From NCBI GenBank assembly GCA_017467815.1, contig JAFUKI010000123.1, positions 7,990 to 71,989 on the forward strand: a DNA stretch of 64,000 nucleotides, read 5' to 3'. Each line of letters starts with the position of its first letter. Positions within the stretch are counted from its first letter, which is position 1. This DNA is from Clostridia bacterium. Lineage in GTDB: Bacteria; Bacillota; Clostridia; Oscillospirales; CAG-272. The notes beneath the pieces are model-generated. The model was not told where the DNA came from, searched no databases, and saw nothing but the letters and a program-made list of their open reading frames with translations. This document shows, piece after piece, positions 62,847 through 64,000 of the stretch. The translations under genes and the position numbers were made by a program.

Positions 62847-64000
62847 ATGGCATTGCCGAACACGCATCTCGGTGCTTCTTATATACAAACATTGCTGGAT
62901 GGAGATACCCCCAAAAAATTATTTTTTGACGGAATCGGCGGTATCAGTATGAACGCCCTGGCACATATCAGCCACCTGCGCGGTCATATCGTTTCCGGTT
63001 ACGACAGAACCCCGTCTCCGCTGACCAAAAAGCTGGAGGATATGGGCATAAAAATCTACTACACCTCGGAATCTGCCCATGCAGCCGATGCGGACGCACT
63101 GATCTACACCGTTGCTCTGGGTGAAGATAATCCCGAATATTGTTTTGCCGGTGAACACTACATTCCCAGAATCTCCCGTGCGGATTATCTGGGCTACCTG
63201 ATGAGCGGATACAAAAAACGCATCGGTATCTCCGGCACCCACGGAAAAAGCACCACGACCGGTATGGTCAGCCAGATCCTGACGACAGCGGGCGTACAGC
63301 CGACCGTATTCAACGGTGCAGAGATGAAGCAGTCCGGCAGTGTGGATATTATCGGGGATGAGGAGTATTTCGTCTTTGAAGCCTGCGAATACATGGACTC
63401 CTTCCTGGATTTCTGCCCCACGACAGCCGTTGTTCTGAATATCGAGCTGGATCACGTGGACTATTTTTCCTCGCTGGAGCAGATTCGCCAGTCCTTCGGT
63501 ACATTCATGTCGATCACCGGAAAAGACGGCTGGGCGGTACTGAACGGGGACGATCCGGATTGCCTGAAAGCGGCGGAAGCATATACGGGAAATATCGCAA
63601 CATTCGGTGTGGAAAACCCCGATTGTGATTTTTATGCGGTCAATATCCGTTCCGAGCATGGCAGAAACCGTTTTGCCGTTTGCCATAAAGGGGAGACACT
63701 GTGTGAAATTGCCCTGCAGATACCGGGACGTCATACGGTAAGCGATGCGATGGCGGCATTCTGTGCCTGCTATGTCAACGGGATCGCACCGGATGTGATC
63801 GCCAAGGGACTGGAAGCATACAGCGGGATCTGCCGCCGTATGGATTTCATGGGAAAGGCACCCTCCGGAGCGGATGTGTACAGCGATTATGCCCATCATC
63901 CCACAGAACTTGCCGGTACGCTTGCCGGGGCAGGGGAAATGGAATATAACAAGATGCTGGTCGTATTCCAGCCCCATACTTTCTCCAGAACCCACGAACT
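62847..64000 (+). CDS. murC: UDP-N-acetylmuramate--L-alanine ligase (5' part; runs off the window)
   Basis: My own translation gives FFDGIGGISMNALA, GISGTHGKSTTTGM, EACEYMDSF, LNIELDHVDYF, DYAHHPTE and FQPHTFSRT. It is absent from the ORF track because no stop lies in the window. Confidence 0.9.
   Translation, partial: MALPNTHLGASYIQTLLDGDTPKKLFFDGIGGISMNALAHISHLRGHIVSGYDRTPSPLTKKLEDMGIKIYYTSESAHAADADALIYTVALGEDNPEYCFAGEHYIPRISRADYLGYLMSGYKKRIGISGTHGKSTTTGMVSQILTTAGVQPTVFNGAEMKQSGSVDIIGDEEYFVFEACEYMDSFLDFCPTTAVVLNIELDHVDYFSSLEQIRQSFGTFMSITGKDGWAVLNGDDPDCLKAAEAYTGNIATFGVENPDCDFYAVNIRSEHGRNRFAVCHKGETLCEIALQIPGRHTVSDAMAAFCACYVNGIAPDVIAKGLEAYSGICRRMDFMGKAPSGADVYSDYAHHPTELAGTLAGAGEMEYNKMLVVFQPHTFSRTHE

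Noticed and set aside
62919-63995. 358-aa minus-strand ORF in the track at the 3' end of the window.
   Set aside because: The plus strand here encodes an unmistakable MurC (GTHGKSTTT, DYAHHPTE, FQPHTFSRT). It is missing from the track only because it has no stop inside the window, so the minus ORF is an antisense shadow.

Overview
This is a 64-kb chromosomal segment. Gene content and Gram-positive-style promoters and terminators point to an anaerobic Firmicute (Clostridia-like), but that is inference only. I support about 55 protein genes, one tRNA-Ser(UGA), and several sigma-A-type promoters and rho-independent terminators. I see no rRNA, no CRISPR array and no intact integrase or transposase.

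Backbone genes:
- ackA, tmcAL, murA, murC (partial, runs off the 3' end), trmK-nif3, aspartate kinase and a HIT protein.
- A WalRK-like two-component operon and an SNF transporter.
- An Sfp-type PPTase operon.
- An MBOAT/DHHW O-acyltransferase pair.
- An ABC-DUF1854-ABC operon.
- Several tandem paralogue sets: 3 MATE, 2 histidine phosphatases and 2 alpha/beta hydrolases.

Two visibly AT-rich accessory blocks stand out:
- Block 1 (~1-9.75 kb) ends exactly at the 3' side of the tRNA-Ser gene. It carries what I read as a radical-SAM/SPASM peptide-maturation (RiPP-like) cluster.
  - Two paralogous ArsR-type wHTH regulators are each translationally overlapped by an unlisted small Cys-containing peptide gene (50 aa at 2458-2610; 57 aa at 9529-9702). 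The peptides share the motifs WKKP, ACS, IPG and a C-terminal EIM.
  - These modules flank an operon for an rSAM/SPASM enzyme, an S24/S26-type peptidase, an ACP-like::FkbH-like fusion, an NTP_transf_5-like nucleotidyltransferase and an HPr-kinase-like protein.
  - I cannot place this gene combination in a described RiPP class. It is the top candidate for a new system.
- Block 2 (~23.1-27.0 kb) is a decayed element remnant. It holds a DUF4143 ATPase, a lipoprotein gene frameshifted at an A5 run, and the C-terminal stump of a large serine recombinase.

Other points worth a look are a stand-alone CARF/PD-(D/E)xK (Card1/Can2-like) gene with no CRISPR context, and an SPFH protein with four tandem zinc ribbons.

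Many long ORFs in the supplied track are antisense shadows of real GC-rich genes and were rejected.
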